Notes: generated by a model from the letters alone, not told the origin. A stretch of DNA of 64,000 bases from an uncultured Flavobacteriales bacterium (GCA_903837495.1 CAILUT010000011.1:1946-65945), one strand, 5' to 3'; counted from the stretch's first letter, positions 1 through 10,609 are shown. Program-made: numbers and translations.

Positions 1-535
1 GATTGTTGACCAACCAGAGTTGGTGTTGCCCAAAATCTGGCAGGGAAATATCGAAGTCGGGTTTTGGTTTGGTGAGGGTTTGAAGGAGCTCCTGGCTTTG
101 TGGGGTTGCGTTAAAGGTCAACAAGGCGGGTTCGGCGTTTAGATTGGCATTGTCGAGGTATTCGGCCAAAAGGGCTTCTTTATGCACCAGGGTGGCTTCG
201 TGTTTTTTAATGGCCAGGTAATCGGCATCGGTTCCAATGGGAATGAGACCGATAAATCCCGTATAGCAAGCGTTGTTTTTATGTTGTCGATAAACCAGAA
301 AAACGGGGGTATCGGTTTTTTGTAAAAAGCCTTGTTTAAAAAAAGAGAGGAAGCGTTTTCGGCGGGCGTCTTGTTCCTGGTTGTGGTCTAGAATCACCTG
401 TAGAAACGAAACGGGGTTTGAGGCCAGAATATGCTCTTTTTGTTTGGAGGAATAGCCGTCAAAAGGGAGGGTAACGATTTGGTCGGCCAAATCGGTATTG
501 GGCAAAACCGCTAAAAAAGGAAGGAAATTGGCCAT
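1..535 (-). CDS. DUF1015 family protein (3' end outside window)
   Basis: ATG at 535 just downstream of the serA stop; my translation MANFLPFLAVLPNTDLADQIVTLPFDGYS...IKKHEATLVHKEALLAEYL...NAEP fits DUF1015, which commonly follows serC-serA. Confidence 0.75.
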   Translation of the reverse strand, partial: MANFLPFLAVLPNTDLADQIVTLPFDGYSSKQKEHILASNPVSFLQVILDHNQEQDARRKRFLSFFKQGFLQKTDTPVFLVYRQHKNNACYTGFIGLIPIGTDADYLAIKKHEATLVHKEALLAEYLDNANLNAEPALLTFNATPQSQELLQTLTKPKPDFDISLPDFGQHQLWLVNN

Positions 536-538
536 GCC

Positions 539-1504
539 TTAACCGCGGAAGTGGTCGAGAACAAGGTCAAGTAATTCTTCACCGATGCGGCTTTGAGCCT
601 CGGCAGTGCTTCCCCCTACATGGGGTGAAACGCTAATTTTAGGATGGTTTAGGAGTTCTGGATTTGGATGGGGTTCGTTTTCGAAGACGTCAAGGCAAGC
701 GAAGGCGACCTTTCCTGAATTTAGGGCATCCAATAGATCGGATTCATGGATAATGCCTCCGCGGGCGGTGTTGATGAGAACGGCACCGGGTTTCATGCAA
801 TCAAATTCGGCCGCGTTTAGGAGGGGCATGCCGTTGGCGGGCATGGGAACATGCAGCGTAATGGCATCGCTGCCTAAGAGGAGTTCGTTGAGGCTTACCG
901 TTTCAAATTCGAGGGTAAAGGTATCGCCGGTTTGGAGGAAATCCACTTCAATTTCTGCGGTTTTCACATAGGGGTCATAGGGTAAAACCCGCATTCCCAA
1001 ACCCATGGCAATTTGAGCCACTTCCTGTCCGATTCGACCAAACCCAATGATTCCCAAGGTTTTTCCTTTGAGTTCGAAGGCTTGGGCATATCTTTTTTTG
1101 AGGGCATCAAATTGGGAATGTCCATCGGCGGGCATTGTTCGATTTGAGTGGTGTAAAAATCGAGCAACGGAGAAAAGGTGGGCAAAAACCAATTCGGCCA
1201 CGGAGCGGGTGGAGCTGGCTGGGGTATTTGCAACGGTTTTACCTAAGGAACGTCCGTAATCCACGTCGATGTTGTCCATTCCCACTCCACCGCGGCCTAC
1301 AAAAGAAAGGTTTGGACAAGCGTCAAAAACCTCTTTTCGGACTTTGGTGGCCGATCGAACCAAAAGGCCGCGCACCTGGGTATTGTTGATAAAATCGATG
1401 AGGTTTTCTTGGCTCACCTTTTCGGTAATGACTTCAAAGCCTTTATTTTGGAGGGCAATTTTTGCTGCTTCTTCCAGGCCGTCGTTGGCTAAAATGCGAA
1501 TCAT
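539..1504 (-). CDS. serA: D-3-phosphoglycerate dehydrogenase
   Basis: GRGGVGMDNID, GIIGFGRIG, INTARGG, LDVFENEP, PHVGGST motifs; adjacent to serC. Confidence 0.9.
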   Translation of the reverse strand: MIRILANDGLEEAAKIALQNKGFEVITEKVSQENLIDFINNTQVRGLLVRSATKVRKEVFDACPNLSFVGRGGVGMDNIDVDYGRSLGKTVANTPASSTRSVAELVFAHLFSVARFLHHSNRTMPADGHSQFDALKKRYAQAFELKGKTLGIIGFGRIGQEVAQIAMGLGMRVLPYDPYVKTAEIEVDFLQTGDTFTLEFETVSLNELLLGSDAITLHVPMPANGMPLLNAAEFDCMKPGAVLINTARGGIIHESDLLDALNSGKVAFACLDVFENEPHPNPELLNHPKISVSPHVGGSTAEAQSRIGEELLDLVLDHFRG

Positions 1505-1507
1505 GAA

Positions 1508-2575
1508 TTAAGCGTGTTTTTGAGCAAAATCGTGCATAGTTTGAACCAGTTCTTGAACGCTTTCAAGGGGTAGGGCGTTGTACATAGAGGCGCGGTAACC
1601 GCCTACCGAACGGTGGCCTTTGAGTCCGCTAAAGCCGCGTTCGTTAAGCATGGCTTCGAAGGCGGGTTCTAGGCGGATGTCGTTCAAAAGAAAAGTAGCA
1701 TTCATCGAAGAACGAACGGACTTTTCAACCGTACCTTTAAAGAGCGGGTTGCTGTCTAGGGCTTGGTAAAAACACGTGCTTTTTTGCCGGTTCAATTCAC
1801 CAATCCAGGGCAATCCTCCGTTGTTTTTGAGCCATTTGAGCGTAAGCATGCTTACAAAGATGGGAAATACAGGGGGGGTATTGAACATCGATTCTTTATC
1901 GATGTGCACTTGGTAATCGAGCATGGTTGGCAGATTGCGGCCGGTTTTGCCCAGCAGGTCTTTTTTAACAATCACCAAGGTAGTTCCAGCGGGTCCCATG
2001 TTTTTTTGGGCTCCGGCGTAAATCAATGAAAAGCGGGAGGCATCGATGGGTTTGCTAAACATATCAGAGGACATGTCGCAGACCAATGGAACGGGGGATT
2101 CAGGAATGGATTGAAACTGAGTTCCAAAGATGGTATTGTTCGATGTATAATGCAGGTAATCTGCATCGGAGGGCACAGAAAAATCTGGCAGGTAGGAATA
2201 GTTTTTGTCTTTTGAGCTACCCAGAACTTCGACCCGGCCAACGCGTTTGGCTTCATGGATGGCGTTAGCTGCCCAGGTGCCGGTATCAAGATAGGCGGCG
2301 TAGCCAGTGGAACTCAACAGATTTAGAGGGGCCATATAGAATTGCAAGCTGGTACCGCCTTGCAAAAAAACCACTTCATATTCGTCGCTCAGGTTTAGCA
2401 GTTCACGCACTAGGGCAACGGCTTGTTCCATTACATCGACAAATTCGGGGCCTCGGTGCGACATTTCAATTAGAGAAAGGCCTGTGTTGTCATAGTTTAG
2501 GACTCCTTGTGCAGCCTCTTGCAACACCTGAGCCGGTAAAATTCCTGGGCCGGCGCTAAAATTGTGAATTTTCAT
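1508..2575 (-). CDS. serC: phosphoserine aminotransferase
   Basis: NFSAGPG, EMSHR, DMSSD, YAGAQKNMGPAG (PLP lysine), NTPP, GHRSVGGYRASMYNA. Confidence 0.97.
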   Translation of the reverse strand: MKIHNFSAGPGILPAQVLQEAAQGVLNYDNTGLSLIEMSHRGPEFVDVMEQAVALVRELLNLSDEYEVVFLQGGTSLQFYMAPLNLLSSTGYAAYLDTGTWAANAIHEAKRVGRVEVLGSSKDKNYSYLPDFSVPSDADYLHYTSNNTIFGTQFQSIPESPVPLVCDMSSDMFSKPIDASRFSLIYAGAQKNMGPAGTTLVIVKKDLLGKTGRNLPTMLDYQVHIDKESMFNTPPVFPIFVSMLTLKWLKNNGGLPWIGELNRQKSTCFYQALDSNPLFKGTVEKSVRSSMNATFLLNDIRLEPAFEAMLNERGFSGLKGHRSVGGYRASMYNALPLESVQELVQTMHDFAQKHA

Positions 2576-2608
2576 AGCAGTGAAAGCGTATTAATTGGTA
2601 CAAAGGAA

Positions 2609-2640
2609 CAAAAAAAGACGGCTTAAAAAACCGTCTTTTT
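2609..2640 (-). terminator. rho-independent terminator (possibly bidirectional) after the 2676-3605 gene
   Basis: AAAAAGACGG-loop-CCGTCTTTTT inverted repeat with A/T tracts on both sides. Confidence 0.7.
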
Positions 2641-2675
2641 CGAATTCAACAACTCTACTTCAAGGAGAATTAAAC

Positions 2676-3605
2676 TTAATTTTTGATCGATTTCAGGAAT
2701 TCGTCGAACTGGGTTTTTGTTCCGCCGTAGGTAAAGGAAGAGGACAAGGTGTAATATTCTTTAATGTCGGTCGATGCAACTTTAGCGTGGGCATAAATGG
2801 CGAAGGCCAATTTGCTTTCATCGTAAGTAAAGGTGTTTAGGACTTGTTTAACCTGACCGATGTAAAAGCAGTAATTGTCGGCCATTTGCTTGGCAGAGGC
2901 CAATTTTTCTTCGTCCGTTGGATGGCTTTGGATGGTTTGAAGGCCTTTGCGCAATTCGGTGTCCCACATCCCAACAATGCATTTTTGAGAAACAGAAGCC
3001 ATTTCATAGCGGGTTTGTGCATCGTTGGATTGCCACGTTTCATGTTCCGCATCTAGGTTGGCAGGGGTACCGTATTGGGGAGTTCCGGAGAAGTTGGTGT
3101 TGGTTTGAATGCCGTCCACATTCATTTGGATTCCCACCGATCCATTTTGTTCGTTGGCATTAAACTGAAAACCTACGGAACCGTTGTTTGGGTTGGCATT
3201 TGCGGGCGTTTGAGGTTGAGCTGGAACGCTGGGTTCGTCGATGTAAGCGGGTTGAGCTACGGGGGGTGCAGGCGCGGTGGTTCCGGCGGGAGCTTCTGAC
3301 AGGTAGCGGACCACCCATTCGTTTTTCTTGTTTCGCTTTAGGTTGTAGGTAATTTCAAGGCTTGGGGAGGCCGAAATTGTTTTGATTACCGAACCCAGCT
3401 CAGCTTGTTCAAATTTAATATTGACCTTAACACCCTCGGTGTTTACGCCGTCAAATCGAACGCGGGCATCGGGTTGGTTGTTGATGGTTTGACCGTTCAC
3501 CGTCAAGGTAAAACGTTCTCCATTTTCGGCAAAGAAAATTAAACTTCCTTGGCTCCAAGCGGCAAAAGGAAGCAAGAATAAAAAGGGCAATAGGATTCGC
3601 AACAT
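2676..3605 (-). CDS. secreted protein, DUF4476-like C-terminal domain
   Basis: signal peptide; FAENGERFTLTVNG N-domain; Pro/Gln/Asn linker; C-terminal NYCFYIGQVKQVLNTFTYDESKLAFA resembles DUF4476. Confidence 0.65.
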   Translation of the reverse strand: MLRILLPFLFLLPFAAWSQGSLIFFAENGERFTLTVNGQTINNQPDARVRFDGVNTEGVKVNIKFEQAELGSVIKTISASPSLEITYNLKRNKKNEWVVRYLSEAPAGTTAPAPPVAQPAYIDEPSVPAQPQTPANANPNNGSVGFQFNANEQNGSVGIQMNVDGIQTNTNFSGTPQYGTPANLDAEHETWQSNDAQTRYEMASVSQKCIVGMWDTELRKGLQTIQSHPTDEEKLASAKQMADNYCFYIGQVKQVLNTFTYDESKLAFAIYAHAKVASTDIKEYYTLSSSFTYGGTKTQFDEFLKSIKN

Positions 3606-3669
3606 GGTTTTAAGATTTAAAAGCTAAAGTAGGAACAAATTGAAACGGCGGCTTCAAAGACGATGTAAA

Positions 3670-5469
3670 TTAGTCGTTAAATTTAATGTCAAAGGGCATT
3701 CGGGCATTCACCCCTTTCATGTTTTCCACCTTTTTAACAAGGGTTAGCCATTCGATTCCAAGGCCCAATCCTTCCTTTTTAAGAATGGCCTTGCTGTTTT
3801 CAGACAGGCCATCAAAAAATGCCTGGAAAGGGTCGGCCGGTTTTGGATACACCGCGGTAGAAAAGTCATCGAGTTTGGCCAGTTTGGCTGCCGCCTTAAC
3901 GGCATCTTTGAGTCCGCCCAACTCATCCACCAAGCCCAATTGTTTGGCTTGTTCTCCGGACCAAACGCGTCCTTGTCCGATGGAATCTACCTGTTCAATT
4001 TTCATTTTCCTTCCGTCGGCAACGCGCTGGGTAAATTCTCCATAAATACGGGTTACCATGTTTTCGAGGACTTGCTTTTCGCGGTCGCGCAAGGGCCTAG
4101 AGCCGGTTGGGAAGTCCCCGTTGTTGTGAAGATTAACGGTATCGGTTGTAACGCCCAACTTATCGTTCAACAACCCTTTGGCATTGAACAGCAAACCGAA
4201 CACACCAATGGAACCGGTAATGGTGGTTGGATTGGCGTAAATTTTAGAGGCATGGCAGGCGATGTAATATCCCCCCGAGGCCGCCAGGTTGCCCATGGAA
4301 ACCACCACCGGTTTTTTAGCTTTAAGCAGAGCCAATTCGCGCCACATCAATTCGGAAGCGAGGGCCGAGCCTCCGGGAGAATTGACCCGAAGCACCACCG
4401 CTTTCACCTCATCGTTTTCGCGCAGCTCGCGGATGCTTTGATTTAAGGATTTAGAACCCACCATTCCTTGGGAACTTTTCCCATCAACAATATCGCCTTC
4501 TGCCACCAAAATGGCAATTTGGTTTTCGGAATCGTCATCAAGAGCGAGGTTGGTGAGCGCTATTTTTCCATACGCATCAAGAGGAAGCAGAGGGGAATCC
4601 TCGGGCGACCACTCTTCCCAGCCCGCTAATTTTGCGAGCCGGTTCATAAACTCATCTCGGTATTCTAGGGTATCTGAAAACCGGTGTTTTTGAGCATCCA
4701 ACGCAGAGGTTACAAACAGGCCATTGATTAGAGAATCGAGGACAAGGGGCTTGATCTTATTTTTGGCTGCCAAGGCGGCCCCCATGGATTTCCACATGCT
4801 GCCCATCAGTGATCTCATTTGAATTCGGTTTGATTCACTGGCTTGGGCAAGCAAAAAGGGTTCTACTGCGCTTTTAAATTTATTGCCCACCGGACGTACA
4901 GCGTAGGGTTCAACACCCAATTTATCGAGGACTCCGCGAAAAAACAAAAGTTCAGCTCCCATGCCGTTCAGTAAAAAATCAGAATGGGCGTTCAAAGAAA
5001 GGTGGGTAGAAACAGAGGCGAAGTAATAGGCTTTTTGCGACAACCCTTCGGAATAGGTTGCGATGAACTTCCCTTTTGCTTTAAATCGTTCTAGGGCTTG
5101 TCGAATTTCATAGGCATTCCCCATTCCGGTTGACAGCCCTTCTATGTCAAGAAAAAGCCCCACCACTTTTGCGTCGGTGCTTGCATAATCCAATATATTG
5201 ATGGTTTCCCACAAGGTCAATTTCGTGTTGGTTCCAGACCCAAAATCGATTTCTGCAAACGGGTTTTGGTCTGAGGCATCCACCACGGGGTACGAAAAAG
5301 TGAGGTGAAGCACGGTTTTATCTTCGGCTTCCGTTTTAGCTTGTTCAGCACCTCCGAATTCGGATGAAATGACTGCAGCCACTCCCGCGATAACTAGGAA
5401 GGCGAACAAAATCCCAGCAATGCTGGCGCCCAAAATGGAACCCAAGAAAGAACCCCAGAAATTTTTCAT
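3670..5469 (-). CDS. sppA: signal peptide peptidase SppA (protease IV, long form)
   Basis: N-terminal TM; FKSAVEPF, LRVNSPGGSA, SMGNLAASGGYY, TITGSIGV, GQGRVWSG. Confidence 0.95.
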   Translation of the reverse strand: MKNFWGSFLGSILGASIAGILFAFLVIAGVAAVISSEFGGAEQAKTEAEDKTVLHLTFSYPVVDASDQNPFAEIDFGSGTNTKLTLWETINILDYASTDAKVVGLFLDIEGLSTGMGNAYEIRQALERFKAKGKFIATYSEGLSQKAYYFASVSTHLSLNAHSDFLLNGMGAELLFFRGVLDKLGVEPYAVRPVGNKFKSAVEPFLLAQASESNRIQMRSLMGSMWKSMGAALAAKNKIKPLVLDSLINGLFVTSALDAQKHRFSDTLEYRDEFMNRLAKLAGWEEWSPEDSPLLPLDAYGKIALTNLALDDDSENQIAILVAEGDIVDGKSSQGMVGSKSLNQSIRELRENDEVKAVVLRVNSPGGSALASELMWRELALLKAKKPVVVSMGNLAASGGYYIACHASKIYANPTTITGSIGVFGLLFNAKGLLNDKLGVTTDTVNLHNNGDFPTGSRPLRDREKQVLENMVTRIYGEFTQRVADGRKMKIEQVDSIGQGRVWSGEQAKQLGLVDELGGLKDAVKAAAKLAKLDDFSTAVYPKPADPFQAFFDGLSENSKAILKKEGLGLGIEWLTLVKKVENMKGVNARMPFDIKFND

Positions 5470-5605
5470 ATTGATTGGAATTGCGTTGCAAAAAGTGAAG
5501 GTATCTAAAAACCGATTGAGTTATGTAAGCAGATTGAATCAATTTAAACTGTTTTAACGGTTTAAGCTGTTCTGAGAAATAGGCACAAAGGTGTTGAGAG
5601 ATTGT

Positions 5606-5613
5606 TACCTTTG
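5606..5613 (+). promoter_or_regulatory. Bacteroidota housekeeping promoter -7 element
   Basis: TACCTTTG (TAnnTTTG consensus) 11 nt before the ribF ATG. Confidence 0.6.
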
Positions 5614-5624
5614 CCAAAGGAGTT

Positions 5625-6563
5625 ATGGAGGTCATTAACGGTATAGAATCCTTGCCTAAGTTTAGAAAGCCCGTAATAACGACAGGGACTTTTGATGGGA
5701 TACACATAGGGCATCGGAAGATATTAAATAGGGTAATTCAAAGGGCCAAGAGCATAGGCGGCGAGTCCGTTTTGGTCACCTTCCACCCCCACCCCAGATT
5801 GGTTTTGTTTCCAGACGACAACGATTTAAAGTTATTGAATACCCTGGAAGAAAAAAAGGAGCTTTTAGATGAATTGGGCTTGGATTGCATGCTCATTATT
5901 CCTTTTGATGGAGCTTTTAGTCGAATGAAAGCTCGAGATTATGTGGGCTCGTTTTTAAAAAACACCTTGAATGTACACACCCTGATTGTGGGGTATGACC
6001 ATCATTTTGGCCGCAACCGGGAGGGCGATTACAGCTTACTCAAACCTTTGTCGGCCGAACTTGAATTTGAATTGGAAGAAATTCCTGCCCAAGATATTGA
6101 CCAAGTGAAGGTCAGTTCAACAAAAATAAGGCAGTCTTTGATGTTGGGGGATGTTAAAACCGCCGCCGAATTTTTAACCTACCCCTACTCCATCCGCGGC
6201 CAAGTGGAACATGGGGAAGGCCGTGGAAAAGGCATGGGATACCCCACGGCCAATTTGAACCTGCTTGAGGATAGAAAGTTAATTCCCGCCAACGGAGTAT
6301 ATGCGGCGCTGGCAGAAACGGGAACCGGGAAATTTAAAGCCATGGTAAACATTGGCATACGTCCCACCTTTCATCAAAACCAAGAACGGCGCATTGAGGT
6401 TCATTTGTTTGATTTTGATTCCAATTTATACGGCAAAGCCCTTAGCATCCAGTTTATGGACAGAATGCGAGACGAAATGCAGTTCGACAGTTCGGAAGCC
6501 TTAGGCAATCAATTGAAAAAAGACGCTGTTCAGGCTAAAAACATATTGCAAAGGCATGCGTAG
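5625..6563 (+). CDS. ribF: bifunctional riboflavin kinase/FAD synthetase
   Basis: GTFDGIHIGH, VGYDHHFG, VSSTKIR, GYPTAN, NIGIRPT, EVHLFDF. Confidence 0.97.
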   Translation: MEVINGIESLPKFRKPVITTGTFDGIHIGHRKILNRVIQRAKSIGGESVLVTFHPHPRLVLFPDDNDLKLLNTLEEKKELLDELGLDCMLIIPFDGAFSRMKARDYVGSFLKNTLNVHTLIVGYDHHFGRNREGDYSLLKPLSAELEFELEEIPAQDIDQVKVSSTKIRQSLMLGDVKTAAEFLTYPYSIRGQVEHGEGRGKGMGYPTANLNLLEDRKLIPANGVYAALAETGTGKFKAMVNIGIRPTFHQNQERRIEVHLFDFDSNLYGKALSIQFMDRMRDEMQFDSSEALGNQLKKDAVQAKNILQRHA

Positions 6564-7152
6564 GTTCTGCTTGGGCTTTTTATCCTGGCTGTTTTTTGCC
6601 TTTGGCTTATACAGCCAAACGGCAGAATTTCGCGATGAGCCTTTGTACACCGATTTAAAAATAGCCATGGAACACCCAGAACGGGTAAAACGCCTCGCTT
6701 TAAACCGAAAAAAATACAAACGGATTCCCAAAGATGTTTTTAATTTTCCAAACCTGTGGGAACTTGATTTATCAAAAAACAAACTGAGCACCCTGCCACC
6801 TGAAATAAGTAAACTCAAAAAACTCCGGGTACTTAATTTGGAGCGAAACGCCTTAGAATCGCTCCCCAAAGAGCTTTGTGATTTGTCGAAACTGGAGGTC
6901 TTGAACCTGCGAAAAAATGAGCTGTATCAGTTGCCTGACTGCCTAACAGAGTTAAGCCGACTGAATTATCTGATTGTTTCTTCAAACCCTATTTTTAAAC
7001 TTCCCAAGAGCATCAATGGCATGGTTCAGTTGATGGAATTTGACGCTAGGTCAACCGATATTCATTCGGATGCCATAAAATCCATGCAGCAAGCCTTGCC
7101 TGGCAGCCGCATTTTATGGGATTCAGATTGCAACTGCGGGCCGAACCATTAA
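6556..7152 (+). CDS. leucine-rich repeat protein, secreted
   Basis: signal peptide and 23-aa LxxLxLxxNxLxxLP repeats. Confidence 0.85.
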   Translation: MRRFCLGFLSWLFFAFGLYSQTAEFRDEPLYTDLKIAMEHPERVKRLALNRKKYKRIPKDVFNFPNLWELDLSKNKLSTLPPEISKLKKLRVLNLERNALESLPKELCDLSKLEVLNLRKNELYQLPDCLTELSRLNYLIVSSNPIFKLPKSINGMVQLMEFDARSTDIHSDAIKSMQQALPGSRILWDSDCNCGPNH

Positions 7153-7222
7153 TCCCAATAGAGAGGGCTAGGGTTTGTCAATGGACTCCGTTTTATTATT
7201 TTTGCCCTCAACAACTTCAACT

Positions 7223-8239
7223 ATGGCAAAGAAAGCATCGGTGAACAAAACAGGATTTTCAAAAGAAACCTGGCTTAAATGGTATAAAGACATGTTGCTG
7301 TGGCGTCGCTTAGAAGAAAAAGCGGGCATGATGTACACCATGGGGAAAATCAGAGGTTTTTGCCATTTGTATATTGGTCAGGAAGCCCTGGTAGCAGGAG
7401 CTTGCTCGGCCATACGCCCCGACGACAACATGATAACCGCTTACCGAAATCACATTCACCCCTTGGGAAAAGGAATGGAATCCAAATACATGATGGCAGA
7501 GTTGTATGGCAAATCTACCGGCTGTTCAAACGGAAATGGAGGTTCTATGCACATGTTTTCTAAGGATTTGCGGTTTTGGGGCGGGCATGGAATTGTAGGT
7601 GGGCAGATTCCGGTGGGCGCGGGCTTGGCATTTGCCGATCAGTTCAACGGTTCTGACCGGGTTACCCTATGTTACATGGGCGATGGTGCTGTTCGTCAGG
7701 GTTCCTTCCACGAAACCTTTAATTTGGCTATGTTGTGGAAGTTGCCTGTTATTTTCATCATTGAGAACAACAAATATGCCATGGGAACTTCGGTGGAACG
7801 CACCTCGAATGTAACCGACTTATTTAAACTGGGTTTATCGTACGACATGCCCTCAGAGGCGGTTGACGGAATGCGTGCCGATTCATTTCATGAGGCGATT
7901 GCCCGTGCGGCCGAACGGGCCCGTGCAGGTGAAGGCCCAACCCTGATTGAAGCTTTAACTTATCGGTATAAAGGCCATTCTATGTCGGACCCCCAAAAAT
8001 ACCGAAGCAAAGACGAGGTTGAGGAATACAAAGACAAAGACCCTATTTTGCATGCCTTGTCGGTATTGCAGGCCAATCAATGGATTAGCGAGGCTGAATT
8101 GGAAAGCATTGACCAAGCCATAAAAGACGAGGTAGAAGAGGCGGTTGATTTTGCCGAAAACTCCCCCTACCCAGAAGCATCAGCTTTATACGAGTATGTA
8201 TATTCTGAGCCCAATTATCCATTTATCGAAACACACTAA
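7223..8239 (+). CDS. pdhA: pyruvate dehydrogenase E1 alpha subunit
   Basis: IRGFCHLYIGQEA, GGSMH, GDGA..N TPP motif, YRYKGHSMSDP; ATG at 7223 preferred, preceded by TATTTTTG. Confidence 0.96.
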   Translation: MAKKASVNKTGFSKETWLKWYKDMLLWRRLEEKAGMMYTMGKIRGFCHLYIGQEALVAGACSAIRPDDNMITAYRNHIHPLGKGMESKYMMAELYGKSTGCSNGNGGSMHMFSKDLRFWGGHGIVGGQIPVGAGLAFADQFNGSDRVTLCYMGDGAVRQGSFHETFNLAMLWKLPVIFIIENNKYAMGTSVERTSNVTDLFKLGLSYDMPSEAVDGMRADSFHEAIARAAERARAGEGPTLIEALTYRYKGHSMSDPQKYRSKDEVEEYKDKDPILHALSVLQANQWISEAELESIDQAIKDEVEEAVDFAENSPYPEASALYEYVYSEPNYPFIETH

Positions 8240-8248
8240 ATCAAAACC

Positions 8249-9475
8249 ATGGCTGAAATAGTTCGGATGCCCAAGTTAAGCGACACCATGACCGAAGGAG
8301 TGGTAGCCGCCTGGCATAAAAAAGTTGGTGATAAAGTTAAAGCAGGTGATTTGCTGGCCGAAATCGAAACCGATAAGGCCACCATGGAATTTGAAAGTTT
8401 CCAAGAAGGGGTGTTGCTTCACATTGGAATTCAAACGGGTGGAACCGCACCGGTTGATTCCATTTTGGCCATTTTAGGCAAAGAGGGAGAAGATGTTTCA
8501 GGCCTACTGAGCATCGAGTCTGCCGCAGCATTAACCCCTGTAGCAACCGAATCGGTTCAGGTACAAGCCCCGGCGGCTCAGACTCAGGTAAGCAGTGTTT
8601 CTGCGGCTCCACAAGCCAACGAAAACAGCAGCGACCGCCTGAAGGCTAGCCCTTTGGCAAAAAACATAGCCCGAGACAAAGGCATAGACCTTCGTTCTGT
8701 AACCGGTTCTGGCGATGGAGGCCGCATCGTGAAGAAAGACCTTGAAACAGCGTCAACGGCAACTCCTGCTGGGGCGTTTTCTGCTACGTTTTCAAACAGC
8801 CACCACGAGGTGGCCGTTTCTCAAATGCGCAAAACCATTGCACGAAGGCTGGGTGAAAGCAAATTCACAGCACCCCACTTTTACTTGAACATGGACATCG
8901 ACATGGATCAATCGGTGGCGGCCCGCAATGTGCTAAAAAATTCAATGAATGTATCGGTGTCTTTCAACGATATGGTCATTAAGGCCGTTGCGTTGGCACT
9001 TAAAAAACATCCCGCCGTAAATTCGGCATGGCTGGGCGATAAAATCCGCTTTCACGACTACGTGCATATTGGAGTTGCGGTGGCCGTTCCAGAAGGATTA
9101 ATGGTGCCCGTGCTTCAACACGCCGACCAACGTTCTTTGTCGGAAATCTCAGCCGCAGTCCGAGATTTTGCTCAACGCGCCCGAGAAAAGAAACTGCAGC
9201 CCGAAGAAATGCAAGGCAATACCTTTAGCATATCAAACCTAGGAATGTTTGGCATCAGCAACTTTACCGCCATCATCAACCCACCTGATTCTGCCATTTT
9301 AGCCGTAGGTGCCATTCGCCAAGAGGCCGTGGTTAAGAATGGCAGTGTAGCCGTTGGCCACCGCATGACGGTTACCCTAAGTTGCGACCACCGTTCTGTG
9401 GACGGAGCAACAGGGGCAGCCTTCCTGCAAACCCTAAAGGCTATGTTGGAAGAACCTTTAATGATGTTGGTATAA
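8249..9475 (+). CDS. pdhC: pyruvate dehydrogenase E2 dihydrolipoamide acetyltransferase (one lipoyl domain)
   Basis: EIETDKATME lipoyl motif, ASPLA E3-binding domain, DHRSVDGA catalytic motif. Confidence 0.95.
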   Translation: MAEIVRMPKLSDTMTEGVVAAWHKKVGDKVKAGDLLAEIETDKATMEFESFQEGVLLHIGIQTGGTAPVDSILAILGKEGEDVSGLLSIESAAALTPVATESVQVQAPAAQTQVSSVSAAPQANENSSDRLKASPLAKNIARDKGIDLRSVTGSGDGGRIVKKDLETASTATPAGAFSATFSNSHHEVAVSQMRKTIARRLGESKFTAPHFYLNMDIDMDQSVAARNVLKNSMNVSVSFNDMVIKAVALALKKHPAVNSAWLGDKIRFHDYVHIGVAVAVPEGLMVPVLQHADQRSLSEISAAVRDFAQRAREKKLQPEEMQGNTFSISNLGMFGISNFTAIINPPDSAILAVGAIRQEAVVKNGSVAVGHRMTVTLSCDHRSVDGATGAAFLQTLKAMLEEPLMMLV

Positions 9476-9843
9476 TGATGCACACTCTGCTCCTTTTTGA
9501 TGTGTCTGGAGGAGAGTTCATTTTAATTGTACTGGCCATTATTTTGTTGTTCGGATCCAAGGGCATACCTGAAATTGCTCGGGTATTCGGCAAAGGCATG
9601 CGCGAATTTCGTACCGCCACCGACACCATAAAGCGTGAGATTTCGGAGTCTGGCCAATCCATGAAACAGGATTTAACCGATCAAGTTGTTAGGCCTTTTG
9701 ACCAAGCCTTTTCTGATGAACACTACTTAAATCCGCCACCAAGCAGTGCGTACGATACGGATTTCGGCTCCGTCGAAAGCAAAGACAAATCGGAAAACCC
9801 AGACACTCCGGCAAGCCCTGACTCAGCACCGCCAAATCCTTGA
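9475..9843 (+). CDS. tatA: twin-arginine translocase TatA/TatE family subunit
   Basis: GGEFILIVLAIILLFGSKGIPEIARVFGKGMREFR; ATG overlaps the pdhC stop. Confidence 0.88.
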   Translation: MMHTLLLFDVSGGEFILIVLAIILLFGSKGIPEIARVFGKGMREFRTATDTIKREISESGQSMKQDLTDQVVRPFDQAFSDEHYLNPPPSSAYDTDFGSVESKDKSENPDTPASPDSAPPNP

Positions 9844-9907
9844 TGCCCATGCCCCCTTTCCTTCCATATTTGCTGAATCCCATTCTCTTTTTAAATACAT
9901 TAGAGGC

Positions 9908-10609
9908 ATGAAAAACGAACGTTATTCCGTCATTGGCCTAGGGCTGTTCGGAACCTCCATTGCTCGCGAACTAAGCCGTCGGGGGGCCGAAGTATTGGCC
10001 ATCGACAACAATGAACACCAGGTAGAGGGTGTAAGTGGCGATGTAGCCTTTGGTGTTACCATGGACGCCACCGACCTCAAAGCGCTCAAAGCCCAAAACA
10101 TCCATGAAATGGATGCGGTAATTGTCGCCATTGGAGAAGGTAAATTTGATACCATGCTGCTTTGCGTGGTTTTATTGCTCGAACTAAAAGTAAAACGCAT
10201 CATCGCTCGGGCCGAAGGGCAACGGCAACGCATGATTCTAGAAAAAATTGGCTGCACAGAAATTCTATCGCCCGAAGATGAAGTCGCCATTTTGGTGGCC
10301 GAACGCCTTATTAACCCCAACATCATTTATTACATGCCCCTGCCCGACAATTACGAAATTGTCGAAATTAAAACTCCCCCCGCCGTGGCCAACCGTTCTT
10401 TGGCCGACATCAATCTAAGAAACCGATATCAAATTGATTTGATAACCATCAAGCGCGAATTCAGCCACCTGAACAAAGAAGGAAACACCGTTGCTGAAAA
10501 ACATATCCTTGGAGTCGTTAGCCATGACACCGTTGTTCTTGCCACCGATACCCTATTGGTTTTTGGAATAGACCAAGACATTCAACGCTTTATCGAAATC
10601 AATCAATAA
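9908..10609 (+). CDS. TrkA/KtrA family K+ uptake regulatory (RCK) protein
   Basis: VIGLGLFG Rossmann motif plus TrkA_C domain; ATG at 9908. Confidence 0.88.
   Translation: MKNERYSVIGLGLFGTSIARELSRRGAEVLAIDNNEHQVEGVSGDVAFGVTMDATDLKALKAQNIHEMDAVIVAIGEGKFDTMLLCVVLLLELKVKRIIARAEGQRQRMILEKIGCTEILSPEDEVAILVAERLINPNIIYYMPLPDNYEIVEIKTPPAVANRSLADINLRNRYQIDLITIKREFSHLNKEGNTVAEKHILGVVSHDTVVLATDTLLVFGIDQDIQRFIEINQ

Noticed and set aside
7223..9475. pdhB missing between pdhA and pdhC
   Set aside because: A pdhA-pdhC pair with pdhB elsewhere is a common arrangement in Bacteroidota and is not evidence of loss.
9382..9907. Long N-terminal extensions in the ORF track (tatA, TrkA; also mce, recF, ferredoxin, 48497-50005)
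   Set aside because: They overlap upstream genes or use alternative starts. Downstream ATGs match the family N-termini.
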